A stretch of DNA of 46,566 nucleotides, from IMG/VR virus record IMGVR_UViG_3300011445_000031, positions 1-46,566 of that record; one strand, written 5' to 3'. This document shows, one piece after another, positions 44,523-46,566 of this stretch. Under the pieces are notes generated by a model. It ran no database searches and was not told the DNA's origin. It was given only the letters and a program-made list of their open reading frames with translations. This stretch comes from a virus. The position numbers and the translations under genes were made by a program. How positions within the stretch are numbered: the first letter of the stretch is position 1; the number at the start of each line of letters is the position of its first letter.

Positions 44523-44722
44523 ATAACGAAGATACTGATGGAAATATTGATGAGTATCAAGACGGATTTCACGCTGGATGGGATGCGTGTCATGCGCGAT
44601 TCACAGCAATATTAAAACGCTTTCCATTACAGTGTGCAATGATTTCTAATAGACTTCCACTTCATCCCAGTCAACCTGATAAGATATTAGAACCAGATGA
44701 ATTCATGACAGGAAATAGCTAG
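44519..44722 (+). CDS. Hypothetical early protein (67 aa)
   Basis: GTG start overlapping the upstream stop (GTGA). Confidence 0.45.
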   Translation: MNNEDTDGNIDEYQDGFHAGWDACHARFTAILKRFPLQCAMISNRLPLHPSQPDKILEPDEFMTGNS

Positions 44723-44723
44723 T

Positions 44724-45620
44724 ATGAAACGTATTCGTCTTAGTAATAGCACAATTGAACTCTTACTCCGTTGTGAACGCCTATTTCAAATAGAACGACT
44801 ATTAAAAGGTGTTCGCACAAGAGAACAAGCACCCGTTTTATCTCGTGGACACGGATTTGGTAAAGGCGTCCAAGTATATCTGCTAACGCAGAATATGGAT
44901 AAAGCACTTTATCACGCATGGTTAGACTATTGGCCTGAACTTGAAGATAGTCCTAAGACAACAGTAAGACGCACACTCCATGCTCTTTTATGTGCACAAA
45001 AAGATTTAGATGAAATACTAGAAAAATACGAAGTTGTCTCATTCAATGGCATACCTGCTGTAGAACTTGGTATAAAACTAAACATAGATGAAACATTTTA
45101 TTATGTTGGTTTCATTGACCTTGTTCTTCGTAATAAAGAAAGCGGTCTTTATGTTGTTTTAGAAATAAAATACACAGGTAGTTGGCTTAGTGCTGATGCT
45201 ATGTTCATGAATAGTCCACAAGGACTAGGCTATTCTATCGCACTTGATAAGATCGTAGGACAGCGGCTATCTGAATATGGAGTGTTGTATTTCATATGCC
45301 AAGATAGTAAACCTAAACCACAAGAGATACAGTTCCATACAAGAGAATGGGAAAAGTCTTTGAAAGACCGCCTGAAGTGGTTTATAACGCTAGGCTTAGA
45401 TGTAAAGCGCATACAGGAAATGCGTGCTTTAAATGTATTTCCGCAACGTAGCATTTCTTGTATACGTTTTAATAAAGTATGCCAGCATTTTGAAACTTGT
45501 GGTTTAACTGCACAGGAACAGGAGCGAGATGATGAAATAGACCCACATGAAACTAGATATAGTTTTGAATACAATCTTGATGATGTTATTAAAGATCATT
45601 TAGAAAGGGTTGAGTTATGA
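44724..45620 (+). CDS. PD-(D/E)xK nuclease, Cas4/RecB-like with a four-cysteine cluster
   Basis: The catalytic core is FIDLV...VVLEIKYT (D...ExK), with a QGLGYS (QxxxY) motif. One N-terminal Cys (LLRCERL) plus C-terminal CIRFNKVCQHFETC is the Cas4/AddB-type Fe-S cysteine pattern. Confidence 0.8.
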   Translation: MKRIRLSNSTIELLLRCERLFQIERLLKGVRTREQAPVLSRGHGFGKGVQVYLLTQNMDKALYHAWLDYWPELEDSPKTTVRRTLHALLCAQKDLDEILEKYEVVSFNGIPAVELGIKLNIDETFYYVGFIDLVLRNKESGLYVVLEIKYTGSWLSADAMFMNSPQGLGYSIALDKIVGQRLSEYGVLYFICQDSKPKPQEIQFHTREWEKSLKDRLKWFITLGLDVKRIQEMRALNVFPQRSISCIRFNKVCQHFETCGLTAQEQERDDEIDPHETRYSFEYNLDDVIKDHLERVEL

Positions 45621-45647
45621 TACTCATAAACAATAAAGGAACAGACA

Positions 45648-45914
45648 ATGGAAATAGATATTGAAACAACACAAATGAACGAGATTCCAAAGAAACCTGA
45701 AATTCTTGCTGTCCGTTATACACGAAATGACAATAGTGGTTGGAAGATCAATAGTAACAATCACTATGATTTTGTTTCATTTGGCAAAGTTCTTGATTCA
45801 AATAATGATTTAATGCCGATTGATGGATTATTCAATGGTAGTATGAGTCGTGAAAAACATATTATTCATGTTGTAGGTGGTAGGCGTTTTATTATTAAAA
45901 GTATGGTGCGATAA
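45648..45914 (+). CDS. Hypothetical early protein (88 aa)
   Basis: ORF with the TAAAGGAAcagacaATG RBS context. Confidence 0.6.
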   Translation: MEIDIETTQMNEIPKKPEILAVRYTRNDNSGWKINSNNHYDFVSFGKVLDSNNDLMPIDGLFNGSMSREKHIIHVVGGRRFIIKSMVR

Positions 45915-46180
45915 TGGAAAATTTAGGACAAAAAGTAATACTATTACTAATAGCACTTGTCTTTTTTTCCGTATTGTTTGGTTATACATATGCAGTCAAC
46001 CGTTTCAATGTAGAAATACCAGGTATTCAGTTGAAAATTCTTATGAATACCTGTGAAAAGAACGAAGGTGTAAAAACTATACGCCGTGAATTGATTGATT
46101 ACAATCATTTCATCGTTCAATGCAACAATAGTGCCAAGTTTGAAGGTATTTCTTTTAACCTTTCGGAAGAAACAAAATGA
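45914..46180 (+). CDS. Small early membrane protein (88 aa)
   Basis: N-terminal TM segment VILLLIALVFFSVLFGYTYAV. TAATG and ATGA overlaps with the neighbouring genes. Confidence 0.55.
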   Translation: MENLGQKVILLLIALVFFSVLFGYTYAVNRFNVEIPGIQLKILMNTCEKNEGVKTIRRELIDYNHFIVQCNNSAKFEGISFNLSEETK

Positions 46181-46566
46181 CGATACAAATTTGGTATCAC
46201 GGTAATTGTGATGATGGTTTTGGTTCAGCATGGGCAGTAAGTCGTTGGTTTAGGAAGCATGAACCATTGATGGATATAAACTATGTTCCATGTTTTTATG
46301 GAAAAGAGCCACCTCCCGTTAAAAAGGAAGATATAATCTATATTGTTGATTTTTCGTATCCAAGACCTATTCTTGAACAAATAAAAGATTGTGTCACACG
46401 TCTTACAATTCTTGACCATCATAAAACAGCACAGGAGGATTTAAAAGGTTTTCCTAATGCTATTTTTGATATGGATAGAAGTGGTGCAGTTATAACTTGG
46501 TCATATTTCCATAGTCAATCTGTGCCTTTATTGTTAAGATACGTCCAAGACAATGACCTGTGGACA
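46177..46566 (+). CDS. DHH/DHHA1-family phosphoesterase, 5' portion (continues at position 124 after removing the duplicated 123 nt)
   Basis: ATG 46177 overlaps the upstream stop (ATGA). DHH motifs are HGNCDDGFGSA, IVDFS and ILDHHKT. The frame is open to the window end and in frame with 1..588. Confidence 0.85.
   Translation, partial: MTIQIWYHGNCDDGFGSAWAVSRWFRKHEPLMDINYVPCFYGKEPPPVKKEDIIYIVDFSYPRPILEQIKDCVTRLTILDHHKTAQEDLKGFPNAIFDMDRSGAVITWSYFHSQSVPLLLRYVQDNDLWT
46444..46566. repeat. Terminal overlap, identical to 1-123
   Basis: Direct comparison with the window start. Confidence 0.95.

Noticed and set aside
1-46566. Search for integrase, repressor or lysogeny module, tRNA genes, CRISPR arrays, transposases, homing endonucleases, reverse transcriptase or DGR
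   Set aside because: No corresponding motifs or repeat architectures were seen, and all non-coding space is accounted for by the 36831-38791 control region. This visual scan cannot exclude very divergent members.

Overview
The window is a complete, circularly closed genome of a virulent, podovirus-like dsDNA phage. The unique length is 46,443 bp: positions 1-123 are identical to 46444-46566, and one ORF reads through that junction. Coding density is very high and the genes form two convergent arms. The rightward (+) early/replication arm runs 38792 -> end -> 1 -> 10724. It encodes a SprT-like protease, an SF1B helicase, a Cas4-like nuclease and a DHH phosphoesterase. It also encodes two NTP-pyrophosphohydrolase-like proteins, an AAA_24/Sak4-like ATPase, three glycosyltransferases, an SSB-like protein, a family-A DNA polymerase and a DUF3987-like NTPase. 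The leftward (-) late arm runs 36830 -> 10721. It encodes small and large terminase, portal, a Q/N-rich scaffold, the major capsid protein, fibre and beta-helix proteins, and a lysis cassette. It also encodes a Maf/GT42-like transferase, a nozzle-like 985-aa protein and three putative ejection proteins, one of them 1801 aa. The arms diverge from a ~1.9-kb control region (36831-38791). That region holds consensus sigma70-type promoters, a strong intrinsic terminator, two small leftward early units and a ~375-bp imperfect palindrome rich in iteron-like repeats. I recognised no RNA polymerase, integrase, repressor, tRNA, CRISPR array or primase. The items most worth follow-up are the three-glycosyltransferase cassette inside the recombination module and a classical R-S-ExE ADP-ribosyltransferase domain inside the 1801-aa virion protein. 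The palindromic origin/regulatory region with its promoter-terminator-bounded ~285-nt unit and the nucleotide-hydrolase set (DHH, MazG-like, DUF6378-like) also deserve a look. All functional calls come from motifs read by eye and from gene order. No database search was run.
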